From: Phaeosaccion multiseriatum
Taxonomy: Eukaryota; Protista; Ochrophyta, other classes
NCBI GenBank assembly: GCA_965112735.1
Contig: OZ218963.1
Coordinates: 186,001-250,000 of the forward strand
Length of the DNA: 64,000 nt
Reading direction: 5' to 3'
In this document: piece after piece, positions 28,541-43,140 of the stretch
Layout: each line of letters begins with the position of its first letter
Numbering within the stretch: the first letter of the stretch is position 1
Program-made: the position numbers and the translations under genes
Notes under the pieces: generated by a model
Database searches by the model: none
What the model saw: only the letters and a program-made list of their open reading frames with translations
Told to the model about the DNA's origin: nothing

Positions 28541-29916
28541 TCACTCCTTGGGCAACCACAGCCTCTTGAGCGGCGCACCCTCCGCCGTTTTGACGGTTTC
28601 GACGGTTTCGCGGGCCACACGCAGCACCTGCTCGCCCACCTCCTCCACCGAGCCCATAGCGTCGATGAGGCACCACACAGGGACCCCCGCCCCCCCGGCA
28701 TCTCGCGCCTCCTCGTCCCTGTCCCTCAGCCGCAGGAAGTTGGCGCGTACCTCCCTCTGGAAACCCTCCTTCTCGTAGCGCTCCTCTCCGAACTGCCCCC
28801 TCTTCATGGCATCCTCTACGGCAATGTCCAGGAACAGCACGGCGTCAGGGGCAGGAAGGCCCACGTCGGGCTGCATGCACCAGTCGAGAGTGAGACCCTT
28901 CTTGGACCCGCTGAAGGCCACGCCGCTATAGGCGTAGCGATCGCATACGATAGTGGTGCCGGCTGACAGGCACTCCTCAATTCTCGCACTGGGTGAGGGG
29001 CAGTGTGGGGGGGGAGGGGGAGGGTGAGACAAGTGGGGGGGGAAAGCAGAGCAGGGCAGGGCAGAGCAAGGGAGCGCAGATCAGAGCGGCCCTTCAGACA
29101 GAGGACAGACATACAACAAGTTACCACTGGCGGCAAGCAGCAGGTGCTCTTCCCCATCCTCCTCCTCGACCTCCCAGCTGCACTTACCATGCCTCCCATC
29201 TGAGCGTGCACATCGGAGCGGAGCGGACACGGCAACAAAGCATGACAGCATTACGTGGAGGGAGGGCACGTGAAGAGGACGGAGAAGGGGGAAGGGGGGA
29301 GGGGGAGGAGGAGGAGGCACAAGGTGCAGAGGCGAGGCGCAAAGAACGTTCGTTAGGGACGCTGGCCCTTGGAAGCGCTGCAACCCTCAGCAAGAAGGCT
29401 TTCGAGGTTCCAGCAGCAAGTAGCGCAGGCGCTTACACCAAAGGGATGCGACCAGACCACCTCCCTTCCTTTCCCCTCCTCCCCTCCCTCCCTCCCTCCC
29501 TCCCTCCCTCCCTCCCTCCCTTCCTTCCTTCCTTCCTTCCTTCCTTTTCCAGCGGGCCTGACCGACACACACACACATACACAAACACGCACACACATAC
29601 ACACATACATACACACACACACAACACACACATACCTGTTGGCGCTGAAGAGGAGGTGCACGCATCTGTCGTCCAATTCGCTCTCGCTCTGCAGGTACGA
29701 GTTGATCATCTTACCGATGGCCGTGCCCCTGTTGGGGAAGCGGAAGAACTCCGCCTCCACCCCGTGCTTGCGCAGATTGTCTAGCAGCAGGTTTCCCTGC
29801 GTGGTCTTACCGCACCTGTCCACGCCCTCGAGGAGGATGAAGGCGCCCCTCCTCCCGTCAGCCCCCCCCACCCCAGCACCAGAGCCTACTGGGGCTGTGG
29901 AAGACAGTGAGGTCAT
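28541..29916 (-). CDS. DTYMK: Thymidylate (dTMP) kinase, 3 exons including a 12-nt microexon
   Basis: RGAFILLEGVDRCGKTTQ (P-loop), FRFPNR, LLFSANR|WEA|CARIE, IVCDRYAYSGVAFS, PDVGLPAPD, FGEERYE. Exons 29636-29916, 29188-29199 and 28541-28988. Confidence 0.95.
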
Positions 29917-30644
29917 GGGTCTTGCGGCGATCTGTCCGAGGCAGCGGAACTGACAGAATAGCCTCAGAGGCAAGCGGAGGCCCCCCCACCCGCCCTATCG
30001 AGATGCAGGGGAGTAAGAGGAGAGGAAGCACAACAGCATTGCGGGAGTAGCAGCAGGGCAGTGGGAAGCGTGAGAAATTTACATGGATATACCATTCACG
30101 AAGACATGGTATGCATACTCGAGGCCAGCGAACAGACAGGGTGTCCAAGAAAAAGAAGAGGGGAGAGGACAGCAGGGAAAAGCAGGAGAGGGAGGAAGGA
30201 AAGATAAGGACAGGGGAGCAAAAAGGGGGAGAAGAAGCCCCACTCTCCAACCTTTATGAACGCGTTAGTCGCCGTCCTAATTTTTTCTTTCTCTTTTCAA
30301 ATCTATACACTCCCCCAGATGATTGAGATTTGAAGTGAAGAGTAAGTCAGCGAATTTGGAGGACCAACATGTGAACCTATACTTCCTTAGGTGACTAGAG
30401 CTTGAGCTTTACGTCCTCATCGTCGCCAGTTGGGGGTGAGAGGTGTGGCGGGCGGGTTCGACCCCTGCGCCGGCAAAGCAATAGCTCAATAGCGAGAGCT
30501 CAATGGCGCATCAGGGGTCGACGGGGGTGGCCACAAGGGGGAAGAGGGTCGAGAGACATCACTACAGCGCCCGCCTGCTCGCCCCACACCTTGTATAAGA
30601 TTACGTAACGTTTATTAATACCCCCTGATCACTGCATGATGCAA

Positions 30645-30971
30645 CTACTTCTTGCCGAAGAAGGAGGCGATGCCCTTCTGCTGCTTTCCGCCGCCCTTCT
30701 TCGTCTTGCCTGCAGCTGGGGCCTGAGGGAGAGGGGGGGTGAGGGTGCGGAGGGGGATTGGGAGGGGTGAGGGCTGGCCTCCATCCAAAGCAACAAGCAG
30801 GGGACGACAGGCAGACTGTGGCTCGCAGACGGTGGTCGAGCGAGCGCTTCACAACAGGTGAAAGTGGTGCCCCCCCCCCCCCCCCACACACACACACACA
30901 CACATACACACGCACACACACACGCACATTCACACGCACACACACACACAAACGCACAAACACACACGCAC

Positions 30972-31052
<81 letters not shown>

Positions 31053-32314
31053 GAGAGAGAGAGAGAGGCCGACAAGAGGGATGCAGCCGTCGCTTCCCCC
31101 CTCTCCTACTGCCATCCACTACCATCCACTGGGATTCACTGCCACCACCCCCCCTTCCCCCCGTCTGTCTCGCACCTTTTTTTTTGCGCTCTTGTCCTTC
31201 TCCTTGTCCTTCTCCTTGTCCTTCTTATCGCCGCTGCCGCTGCCCGAGCTGGGGGCTTTGGTCGGCTTGGGTTTCGGTTTGTCCTGCTTCTTGGCCTTGA
31301 CCTCCACCTCCACCTCGTCTGCCTGCAGGCCCCAGCACATGTACCCCTTGGAGTCTTCGGTAACCGATTCCTTGAGCACCTTCCCATGGAGGGGGGCAAC
31401 ACACGAGGAGAAGAAGAAGAAGAAGAAGGAGGAGGAGGAGGAGGAGGAGGAGGAGGAGGAGGAGGAGGAGGAGGAGGAGGAGTTAGGATGGGAAGTAGAG
31501 CAGAGGAGGCGGAGAGAGGGTGGGATGACAACATCGAAGGGAATGCACCACGCATCCCCCCCTCCCCTCCTCCTCCCCCAAACACAAGACCTTACCTTCT
31601 TCTTCATGGTCGTCCTGGTCTTGTTAGCCTTGGTGGTGGCCGCGTTGGCGCCGCTGTTCTCATCCTCCCCCCCCTCCCCCTCGTCGCCACCGCCGTCGTC
31701 GGAGCTGTCTCCCACGCCCTGCACGAAACCGTCCATGGCCCCTGACACCACCTTGGAGCGGCCCTTCTTGCCCTTGCTGGGGGGGGCTTCGCTGTCGCTG
31801 TCTTCCTCCTCCTCGCCGTCGCTCTCTCCATAGCGGTTCTTGCGTCTTCTCTTCTGACCCTGCTGCTGCTTCTTGCCTGTTGGTGTTGTGCTTTTTTTCC
31901 CTTCCTCCTCCCCCCCGTCCTCCTCCTCCTCCTCCTGCTCCTCTTTGGTCGGCTCTTTCCCCCCTTTCTCTCCCGCCTTCTCCCCGTCCTCTTCCTCCTC
32001 CTCGTCGTCGTCGACTGCCACAACCTTCCTCCTCTTGTCCTTATGGTCGGGCCTTGCTTGCTGCTTCTTACCGCGCTTGATAGTACTCCCATCATCCCTG
32101 TGCGGCAATCAAGCACCAAATATCAAGCACCAAATGTCAAGCACCAAAATGTCAAGCACCAAATGCCAAGCCCGAAATGTGAGGGTATGCAGCGGAGCGG
32201 ACCATTGGCACACCCACACACACAAACAGAGAGAGAGAGGAAGAGAGAGAGAGAGAGGAAGAGAGGGAGGGAGGAAGGGAGGGAGGAAGGGAGGGAGGAA
32301 GGGAGGAAGGGAGG

Positions 32315-32346
<32 letters not shown>

Positions 32347-34129
32347 AAGACAGAGAAGGAGAGGGACAGAGAGGAAGAAAGGGGGGGAGAGAGAGAGAGA
32401 GAGGGAGGGAGAGAGAGAGGCTCTGTCACGAGTTCCACAGGTGCGTGCTCCAAAACCAAGCACACCCACCAAGACCGCTCGTGTGCAAAGCGACCCCTCC
32501 TAGACCCCTCCTGGACCCCTCCTGGACCCCTCCTGGACCCCTCCTGGACCCCTCCTGGACCCCTCCTGGACCCCTCCTGGACCCCTCCTAGACCCCTCCT
32601 AGACCCCTCCGCCGGCTGTCGGCCCTTTCCTACCCTCTCGTTGTCCACCAAGCTGCACCCGTACAGCACAACAAATTCAAACTCAAATTCATCGCCCGCC
32701 ACTCACCACTCATCGTCGCTGCTGTCCGCCGCCACAGTCCCTTCGCCCCCCTGGGAGGTGACACGGGTAAGAGGAGGGGCGTGGGAGGGCAGGCAAAGCA
32801 GCGTCATCATAGAGGCGTACGGACAAGGGAGAGAGACCGGGCACGCAACATTTGAACACTTGGGTAGGATGGAACCCTCTCTAGACACAGCCGACCTCCA
32901 AGGCCCCCATCCGCTGCCATCCCCTCTCTTATGTGCTTCTCTCTCTCTCTGTGTGTGCATGTTGTGTCTCCATCTCCATCATCATGTGTGCCCCTGTAGT
33001 TACATCCATCATCTTGCCTGCCTCGCGGTCCTCTCTCCGTGCCCTCCCCCCCCCCCTCTATCCATCTGCCTCGTTCTCAATGTCTTTGCAAGCAAACCAC
33101 TGAATCAGCAAATTACTCACCACTTCTTTGCGTCCATCGCCGGCGGCTCCTTCCTCTTCTGCCTCCTTCCCTCCCTTGTCCTTCTCATCCCCGGCCTCCT
33201 CGTCTTTGCTTTCCACTTCCTCCTCCCCCTCCCCCTTCTTCCCTTTCTTCTTCTCTTCTGCTGATGCTGCCTTTGTCGATTTGTCGACTGCCTTGGGGGC
33301 GCCGAAGAAGCCGCCGATGCTTTTTGTGCCGTTCTCTGCCTTGTTCCTTTTCTGTTTCTCCTGCCCCCCCTTCTTCCCTGTGTCTTCCTCGCCGCTAATA
33401 TCCACAGCAGCAGCGGCACTGTTGCCCTTGCTGTGCTTGCTGGACTTGCTACCGCCCGAGGCTTTGGCGAAGAAGTTTGCCGCTGCTTTTTGTGCCTTGA
33501 CCTCTGCTTTGGTGGGCTTGGCTGCCTTCTTCGCGCTCTTACTGCCGTTACTGGTGCTGTTGCTGCTGCTCGCAAAGGCCGAGCCAGACGCTGGTCCTCC
33601 TCCATTGGTGAAAGAGGAGGTGGAGGAGGAGGTGGAGTTACGGATGGTCGGGGGCGGCGGCTGGGCGCTGATGAAGGCCTTACGGGCATCCGACAAGGCC
33701 ACAATCTTGGCGCTGCAAGGGGGAGAGGAGGAGGGGGGAGGGAGGGGGGTTAGTTCTCTCAGATCTGACGTCACGTCTGACGTAACAGTCCGTTGTTGTC
33801 TGAGCGGGCTTGGCTGGTGGCCGCTCCACCACCCATGTCCTTTCCAGTCGCGTGTACGCACACACGAACACACACACACACATACACGCGCACGCACGTA
33901 CCCATACACACCAACTCACTCACCTACTGCAGCTCTTGACGGCACTGAGAGCCCCGCTCTGAAGCCTCGCACCCACCCCGTGCGTGCAAGAGGCTTTGTC
34001 CAGCAGGAGCTCCCTCTGCTCGCACGCCACTGCTGACAGAGCGCCGCTCACGTCCACAGGCAAGCCGGCAGCCACACTGAGGGCAGGGCAGCGCAGGGGC
34101 AAGGAGGGGGGAGAGGGGCGTGGGTAGGG

Positions 34130-34166
<37 letters not shown>

Positions 34167-35073
34167 GTGAGGGTGAGGGTGAGGTGAGGGTCAGGGTGAG
34201 GGTGAGGGAGAATGGGTGATGGTGAGGGTGAGGGTGGGGGTTAGGATGAGGAGGAGGGTGAGGGTGAGGGTGAGGGTGGGGGTGAGGCTGAGGGTGAGGG
34301 TGAGGGTGAGGGTGAGAACGGGGGGCAGGGCAGGGGCTGGGACGAAATGTGATTGTGCATACATGGGAAGGAGGGGAGTGGGAAGGACTGGGGGGAGGGG
34401 GGAGAGCATTCGCGCGAACGTGGCTGAATGGAAGAGGGGGCAGGCAATACGCTCCAGGCTCATACCTGTACACATGGACGGAGGGGTGATCGAGCTGCTC
34501 TCGACTCTTCTCCAGCTGGGCTTGCGGCACCAGCAGCACCTGGGGGGGGGGGCAATATGCGGGGTGAGGAAGAGCCCAGGGACATAATACGAAGGGACTT
34601 TTGTGCCATCATCTTTCCCATCTCCTTTCTTCCCCCCAATCCAGGTGCTCTCAGAAATGAGTATCCAGGTGCTCTCAGAAATGAAGATATAAGGCCCTCA
34701 AAAGCAGGACGCCCTGGGCCTAATTACTCTGCTCAATCCCCTCCGACGGGTCTTTCAAGGATTAGTCAGCTACCCCAGCATAGAGCCGAAAGGAAGGGGG
34801 GGGGGGGGGAATTCTCACCTGTCGCCCTCCTCCTTGAGCACCATTGGCACCTTTCTTCGTCCCAGACACTAGGTAGGTGACTGCGAGCCCCTCCGCCTCT
34901 TTCTCTTGCTGCTGTACGAAGCTGAACAGCAATTGCTTTGCCACATTGGCCGGGATGGAGAGCACGAGAGCAACCCAGCGGAAGGTGACAAGCCGCTTCT
35001 CATCGAACACCCAGCTCCTGACCTCTGAGAGCATGTTCTCACTCGCCTGCGCTCCATCATCTCCCATCTGCAT
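30645..35073 (-). CDS. POLD3: DNA polymerase delta subunit 3 (Cdc27/p66), multi-exon
   Basis: N-terminal [31 protein letters not shown] and VTYLVSG; charged low-complexity middle; [15 protein letters not shown]; C-terminal PIP box [11 protein letters not shown]. Confidence 0.9.
32494..32610. repeat. 11-bp tandem repeat (CCCCTCCTGGA)n in POLD3 intron
   Basis: About 10 copies, directly visible. Confidence 0.9.
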
Positions 35074-35610
35074 TCCTTATGTATCTAATCTATCTCTCTC
35101 TGTCTCGAAATTCAAACGATTCAGTTTCAGTTTCAGGTTATAAAATCAGTTTCCGATTTTCGAATCGATATTATTAAAACTCTTCTTTTCTATTTCCTTC
35201 GAAGTACATGTAACAAACTATAAATACTCTACCTCACCTCCCTCCCACACAGCAAACGGAGCTTCATCCTCTGTAAGCTGAGTGGGTGCACTAGAAGCAC
35301 TATAGAAGCTCGTCTAGAAGTCGTCTACGAGGAGAATCATAACCCCCCCCACCCCCTGCCTGCACCCTCTGCTGCATGCGTCAACGCCTCCAGTGGATGG
35401 CAGTGGATGGCAGTGATGGCAGTAGAGAGTGCACATCGGCGACAGGAAAAGGCCGCTGCCCATCCTCTAGGTACAACATCGATGCCCTCTAGTTACAACA
35501 TCGATGCCCTGCCCCTGCTGCTGCTGCTGCTGCTACCACTGTGCCGTATCACCAACTGCTGCATATACTCTACCAGAAAGCGTGGTCAAAGCCGCCCTCC
35601 ACCACTGGTA

Positions 35611-38600
35611 TCAGCTGCCTTGTCTTGCCGCACCGTCATCAGATACCTTCTTGAGGAAGGGGTGCTCGAACGCGTCCCCCACCGTCATCCTCTTCTTGGG
35701 GTCCAGCGCCAAACACTTCTCCAAGAAGTCCGCCAAATGCATCACGTCCTCCCGTCTGTCCATGCCGCTCTTGCCCGCCATGAGCACGGCACGGATGGTC
35801 TTGGCCGGTGCGGTGATGGCCACAAGCTTGCAGGAGGGCTTCTTTGTGACCTTATCCACCTCTTGCCTGAGGAAGCGGAGTTCTTCGGTGAAGTGCGGCT
35901 GTTTGTTGCCGAGCTGTTGGTACGCTCGGATGTGTTGGCGGATCATGCGGCTCGAGAAGGGCCCTTTGTACTCCATCATTATGCGAAGCATGTCGTTGTT
36001 GTCCACACCCTGAGGGAGGACGGAGGAGGAGGGATGGATGGACGGCAGGAGGAGGGTCAGAGGGGAGGCGGGAGGGGCAAGGAGAGAAAGGTCTGTGTAT
36101 GAGCGAGGGGAGCGAAGAAGCTGTGCGATCGATGGAACAACGACGGGTGCCTTGCCCTCTAGCCTCGCCCCTCTCCCCTCTATAGCCTATATACCCCCTG
36201 TCACCGCCCCTTCCCCACAGAGGCCTCCCCTCCTCTCCCCCATCCACTGCCATCCCCATCCCCGAACCCCATGGACACGAGCAGGTAGGTACCTGCACCA
36301 TCGGGTAACCCGTGTAGAGCTCGAATAGGCTGGTAGCGACGGCCCACGTGTCAATCGCACGGTCGTATTCCAGCCCCAGGATGATCTCCGGGGCCCGATA
36401 CCACCGTGACACCAGGTACGGCGTGGGGATGTTGTCGTAGTCCGTCTCCTTGAAGGCCGAGCCGAAGTCGCACAGCTTGAGGGATCCGAAACCGTCAGAC
36501 ACGAGGACGTTGTCGGGCTTGATGTCGGCGTGCACGATTCGGCGGGCAGCGAGGTGGCGCAGGGACACGAACAGCTGCTTGGCGTAGGTGCGGACGGCCG
36601 TCACATTGATCCCCACCTGTTGGTGATATGGGGGAGTGAGAAAAGGGAGTGGGACGTGTTGCAGTGTATTCAGAGAGACAGAAGGTAACGATGGAGGGCC
36701 CAGGTCCTATTGCACTGCCACCCCCCCATGTGCCATACCATCCAGTGCCATCCATCCCTCACCTTCCTGCCGAACTTTTTGAGAGTCTCCCTGAGGTTCA
36801 TCTGCAAACTCTCGAACACCATCACCGTGTGGTTCTTATGCTCCAGGTGGGTCAGCAGCCGCACACAGTGCTTCCTGTTGGAGAGGAGGGGAGGGCAGAA
36901 GAGGGTTAGGGTTAATCGTGTATGGCGTGTAGGTGGGCAGGTGGGGGGGGGGGGTGAGCCGCCGTGATGGGCGGCGATTAGATACGTAAGTATTGGCTCA
37001 TTTGTGTGTAAGTGAGTGGTCACAGACAGCAGAAGAAGAAGACATGTAACCTTATGCCTTATGTAACCTTACATACACACCACGTGCCTGTTGTCGGGGT
37101 CGTGCTTAGCAAGCTCCTGCAGCAGAGATACCTCCTTTTGTGCGGCTTTGCGCATCGTGTCATTGGAGCGAATCATCTTCAGGGCAACCTCCATACCATC
37201 CGCCTGATTCAGTAAGGCAATGAATGGGCAATGGGAGGGAGGAAGGGATGGCAGTGGATGGCGAGGGAGGGGGGGGGGGGATACGAAGGTGATTGAGTGG
37301 GTTGGGGGTTCAGAGACAGGCGTAGGGGTAGCGGTGGGTGAGTTAGTTTAGTAGTGCATTGAAGCGGGGGGAGGGTGCCCAGAGCGGGCAGAATACGTGC
37401 TCACGCACAGAGAAAAAAGGCGGCTAAACTAGCAGCAGTAGCAGCAGCAGCAGGGGCAGCAGCAGCATCAGCAACAACATCAGCATACTGCTGCTCCTGT
37501 TGCTGCTCTGCGTCAGGGTAGGCGCAGAGGGAGAGCTTTCCTTCCTCCCTCCCCCATCCACTGCCATCTTGACCGTGTGCCGTGCTGCTCAGTCTGCCTG
37601 CCTATGCCTGCTGGCGGGCTATGCCTCCCCATATGCCTGTACCTTTGCCTCTGTCGCTTTGCTGCTGCTGTATCACCAACTGCTGCTGCTGCTGCTGTAC
37701 TCTGTGCCGTGCGTCTCATTCACACGCCACGTGCACAAGGAACAAAAACACACATGCAGAGGAGACCCCCATGTCTCTCTAGAGGTGGGGTAACATGACG
37801 GCCGGGGAAACCATGGAGGGTCAGAGATTGTGAGTGTGTCCGACGGCAAGAGGGGTCCATGTGTGCGTGTGCGTGTGTGTGAGTGTGTGAGTGTGTGTGT
37901 GTGCGTGAGCGTGTGAGTGTTGTGCATGCGTGTCGTGACGGCTGGAGAGAGAGGGCAAATGGCAGCGTGTCCGCATGCAAGTTCCACAGCAGCAGCGCAG
38001 CAGTTGGTGATACAGCGGCAATAGGCACCAGCGAACCACACACCACACCCAACACCTTAAGAGTACCTTTACAGCGGACCAAGGGGGAGCTCGAAGAGCC
38101 TGGTGGCCATCTTTGAGCCCGAATGCCCATCTGTACCTTCCTTCCTCCTCCTCCTCGTCCTCCTCCTCCTCCTCCTCCTCCTCCTCCTCCTCCTCCTTCC
38201 TGCTCCCTGCCACCACCCCCACCCCAACTTTTTCTCCTCTCCTATTCCCCTCCCCTCCCCTCCTCTCCTGCCAACCAACCAACCAACCAACCAACCAACC
38301 CTCCTTCTCCTCCCCCCGCACCCCCCAATAACCACCACCATCCCACTGCACTAACCTGTGTGTCGATGCAGCGCAGTACGCTGGAGAAGACGCCCTGCCC
38401 TACCACCCCCTGCACCTTGTACCTCCCCTCGATCATCTCCCCTGCCCTGGTCTTGTAGTAGCCTTCTGTGTCTGTCCAGTTGGCCTGCAATGAAGGATCG
38501 TCCGACTCATCCACCAGCGCGCGTTGCTTGCCCCGCCATCCGTTGCCATCCTCGCCCCCAAGGAGGATGGGGGAGGCGGAGAACATGTCGAACCCGTCAC

Positions 38601-38737
38601 CCTCGGCCGCCTTAGGAGCCGCGCCCTTGCCCTTGCCCTTGCCCGGCTCCTTGCCCTGCTGTACCATCAACTGTTCCTTCCCCTCCTCTTTCTCCGCCAC
38701 CTTGTGAGCCACCCCTTCCGCTGGTGCTGTATCACCA

Positions 38738-38770
<33 letters not shown>

Positions 38771-39447
38771 TCTCCTACTGGCTCTACAGCAGCCCCTCCT
38801 CCGTTCTCCCCGTGCTGCTTGCCGTTCGTGTGCTGCCCTCCCTCCCCCTCCTCCCCGTTGTCCGTCTTGCCGCCGTTGTCCAACGGCGGCTGTGGCTGCT
38901 GGTGGCTAGCCTTCTCCAGCCTCTCCCTCCGCTTTTTCCTCTCCTCCTCCAACTTAGCCTCCTTGTCGTCCTCGCCCATCCCCCCTAGGAAGGACTCTGG
39001 ATCAAAGTCCCCCAGGTCCATCTCCTCGTCCTCCACCTTGGGCCTCACCTCCCCCTCCTCCGCCCTCCCCTCGTCGTCGTCGCTGCCTCTCCTCCTCCCG
39101 CCCCTTCGATCATCGTCGCGGTGCCGTCGATGGTGGCTGCTGCTGCTCCCATTTCCGTAGCTCCGTCCGCTGCCCCCACCCCCCCTCTCCCGGCGCCCGT
39201 CCCTGTCTCGGCTGCGGCTTCTCCCCCTGTCCCTAAACCTTCGATGGGAGTCGTCTGTTCTGTCTCGGTCTCGGTAGCTCGACCCGCCGCCCCCACTTCG
39301 ACCCCCACCATCCCTAGAATCTCTATCCCGCTCCCGCTCCCTCCTCCCGCTCCGGAACGAATCCTCCCCCCCTCTGCTGCTCTCCCTCTCTCGATAACTG
39401 GTCCCCGCCCTCCGCTCGTCCCGATCCCTGCTCCTGCTTCTCCTCAT
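35611..39447 (-). CDS. PRPF4B: PRP4 serine/threonine kinase, multi-exon
   Basis: RS/RD-rich N-terminus; FDMFS; NWTDTEGYY; GQGVFSSVLRC; VALKMIRSNDTMRKAAQKE; HCVRLL; FESLQMNLRETLKKFG; HADIKPDN; LCDFGSA; TPYLVSRWYRAPE; LDPKKRMT. Confidence 0.95.
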
Positions 39448-39891
39448 GCTGCCGCTTCCTGGCGCGGTCACAGGCCTGATCTCTCGTGTGTCACAAAGAC
39501 AACCTCTTCACCTCCTCGAAAGGGAAGGGAGAGGGAGAGAGAGAGAGAGAGAGAGAGAGAAGAGAAGCTTGACCAATATAATAGCCCGAGGGGGACGCTT
39601 CCTCGAAAATTACACCTTCAATGGCTTATGTGTCCCCCTGCTCCGCTTTTCATCTCTTTCTACACCCCTCGTCTTGAAATGAGAGGCTGGGCGACAGCGA
39701 GAACACTCAGGAGATCCAGCACCAGCAGTAGGGGGGGGGGGCGGCGAGGTAGGGCAGCAGCGCACGGGAGGGAAGACAGGGGACGGCGGAGGTCGGGCAT
39801 TTGGAGGGCCTGCTTGAGCAGCAACTTGGGAGGTGAGATGTGTAGGAAGGGCAAGAGAACCCAGGATTGAGGCGGCAGCAGGTGGCAGTAG

Positions 39892-42800
39892 ATGTGGCAA
39901 CAGCAGGAGCAGCAGCAGCAGGACAAGGCGGAGCCACAGCCGCAGCCACAGCAGCAGCAACAGCCGTACCTGGGCTTCGCTCCTGTCCCTGATCCGCCTG
40001 CCCCACCCCCACCTCTGCTGAGCGCGAGCGACCGGCAGGCTGCCTTGGACGTTTTGGGGGATAATTTCTCACCTGTAGCAGCACCAGTAGCAGGAGGAGG
40101 AGCTGGAGAGGCGCCGGGGCACGGGTACAGGAATCCCCAATGGGGCAGCCCTCCTCCTCCTCCTCCTCCTCCTCCTCCTGCTGCTGCTGATGATGATGCT
40201 GCTGCTGCTGGTACTCTTGTCGCTCTTGCCGCTCGAGCCGCTGGCGGTAGCGGTAGCGTCAGCAGCAGCAGTAACAGCGGTAGCAACGCCAGCCGAGGCA
40301 GCGCAGTAGCGGGGGGTGCCAAGGGCAAGGCGAAGAAGCGCAAGAGAGCACTGGGAGGAGGAAAGAAAGGGAAGCAGGTGCGTGGAGGAGGAGAATTTTA
40401 TGCCAATGTCTGCCCCTTTTCTGCCTATGTGAGATAGCTCTGCGCTCTTCTCTATCGATGAAGTGTCGCTCTGCCCCCCCCCCTCCCCCCCCTAACTCCC
40501 GGAAAGCGCACCATTTGACCCTTTGTGGTGGATGGCAATGGATGGCGCACCCGCTTAGAGCTCCGTTCTCCGTCTCCATCCCTACTCGGTCTGTTGTCCC
40601 CTGCAGGATGGGCAGCAGCAGCAGCAGCAGCAGCAGCAGTCTGTGATACAGCAACAGCAGCAGTACCAGGCGGGCAGAGATGCCGACTCCCTCCGCCCCC
40701 CCACGAGGCCCGATGGCAGCCTATGGCGCGAGAAGCAGCCCCTCAACGCCGAGCACAAGGCTGCGCTTATGCTCGTGTTGAAGCGCCTTGCCTCGACTCC
40801 TCGCTGTGAAGCTTTCCTCCGCCCTGTCACGGAGATGCACCCGCAGCTCTCGGAGGGGTGAGTCAGATGGGGATAGAGGGGGAGGCGTATGGGATAGAAC
40901 ATGATAAGAGGGGGGAGACTTACGTAGACTTACGTAGACTTACGTAGACTTACGTACGCTGGTGAATGGCAGTTGGCATCTATTGTCTTGTTTTGCCGTC
41001 TCGTGGTGGTGGCAGGGCATCCTTCCTTCCTTCCACCCTCTCGCCCCCCCCTCTGGCCCATCCCCCCACACCCCTCCCCTCCCCTTTCTCTCGACTCCCA
41101 CTACTAACGCACCCTTCCATCAGTTACGCGGCCGTCATCGCACACCCCATGGACCTCTCCCGCGTCGCCCGACGGCTAAGGCGAGGGACGTACAATGCAG
41201 GGCCCGGCAGGCTGTGCAGGGACGTGAAGCGCGTGTTCGACAATGCAAAGGCCTTCAACGCGCAATCGGAGGTGAGAGAGGGAGTAAGTAAGTCCGTGAG
41301 CCCCATGCCCCATATGCCTGCCCATATGCTTGCCCATATGCCTGCCCATGTGCATGGCCGTCTCTAGCCTTTCCCTCTGTGTCTCGCTCCAGGCCGTTCT
41401 TCTGCTGCGTTCGCAGAGTCTGTGCTTCTCATCGCCACCCCACCCTCCTCCGCCTCTGGCTGCGTTGGGCTCTGTTTCTACTCTGCTTCTCCTTTCCCTC
41501 TGCTCTCTACTTGTTCTGCGGCGCATCTTCTTCTTTCCTTCTCTGTTCTGTTCCCCTCTCCACCTCTCTACCTCTCCTTCTCTCCCTTCTCAGCCCACTT
41601 GGGGAGCAGTGGCGGACCACCTCAACGAATGGTTCAACGCCCTCTTCGCGGAGACGGACCTCCTTCTACCCGGAGAGGCCCCCCTGGGTCACCTGCAGAG
41701 GCGGAGGGCGAGTCGGAGACAATGTCTGAGGGCGCTGTGGGCCCTGCCTCTACGTAAGGGGCTGGCCTCTGCGCTGGGGAAGGTCTTGTCGGGGGGGATG
41801 GCAGCGGATGGGAAGGAGGGGGAGGGGGAGGGTAGAGAAGGACATGTACAGATGGGAAACGGGTTGCCATCCGAGGGAGAGGGGGCGGGGGCGGTGGGGG
41901 GGCATGGTATTCTGAGCATGAGGGCGATGAGCGACATCAGACGCGACTTAGACAGGGCGGCAAGGGCAGGGGACAGGGCGGCAAGGTTTGCTGCCAGGGG
42001 GGGGCGGGAGGAGCAGGAGGGGCAGCAGTTGGTGGTACAGCAGCAGCGGCAGGAGGAGGAGGAGGAGGAGGAGGGGGGCGCGGAGGGCCCTGGGGTGGTG
42101 TCTGTCGGTCAGGCCTTGCTGCGCGTGAGAGAGAGGCTCGGGCTCCGGCGGGAAGACTGGCGGCTCCTGCAGCAGATGGCAGTGGACGGTGATGGCAGTG
42201 GCGCAGAGAAGGAGAGGGAGAGGGAGTGGGAGGCGCTGGAGAATCGCCTCTTCAGAGAGGTCCTGCTTGGGGCCGGGGAGGAGGCCCAAAGAGGGGTACC
42301 TACCTCCTGCGTGTGGGGGGTGCCGCTGAAGCTCTTTTGGGCCAAGCAGAACAACTCAAGGAATGTTTATTGGCCCGGCGTGTTGCTGTGGAGCAACAGA
42401 TCTGATGGGGGGGGGCTGGAGCCGGGGGATGACAGCCTGCAGGAGGAGGCAAGGGCAGGCGTAGCAGTTGGTGGTACAGCAGCAGTTGGTGGTACAGCAG
42501 CAGCAGTTGGGGCAGTTGTGGGGAGGGGTGATGGCGCGGCAGCAGCAGCAGTTGGTGGTACAGCAGCAGCAGTTGGGGCAGTTGTGGGGAGGGGTGATGG
42601 CGCGATCGGTGGCGATGCAAACGGCAAGGATAAGAGTGCCCCTCCTCCGCCTTGTTCCTCTCCTTCTCCTGCGGTACCCGCACCACCAACTGCTGCAGCA
42701 GCAGCACCACGTGCAGCAGCCCCTGAAGCCAACAACGAAGAAGCCTGGCGTGTGCCCGTCTCCCTCCTCTCGGAGCGGTCGCTGGCCATGCTCAACAGGA

Positions 42801-43101
42801 AGCGCATGCCGGTCAAGTTGCTTGAGTCTCTCGACAAGACCGGCGGCAGGAAGGTGTGGGGGGCAGAAATGGACCCCTCGAGATTCGGTCTTCCGGAGGG
42901 CCCACGGCGGGGCAAACAGCAGCAGCAGCCGCAGCAGCAGCAGTTGGTGGGTCAGTCGCCGCCAACGCATTACTTGGTGGAGTACCTGGGCAGTCACGAC
43001 TTCGCTTGGACCCCGGCAGGCTCTGCGAAGCCTTTCCGAGAGGACTGGGCCTCCTTGGGGTGCCCAAACCCTAAAGCCCCCAAGAAGAAGGTGTGTGTGT
43101 A

Positions 43102-43140
<39 letters not shown>

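Noticed and set aside
28115-28966. 283-aa plus-strand ORF bridging island and host
   Set aside because: It is mostly antisense to thymidylate kinase, has a GTG start and shows no recognisable motifs.
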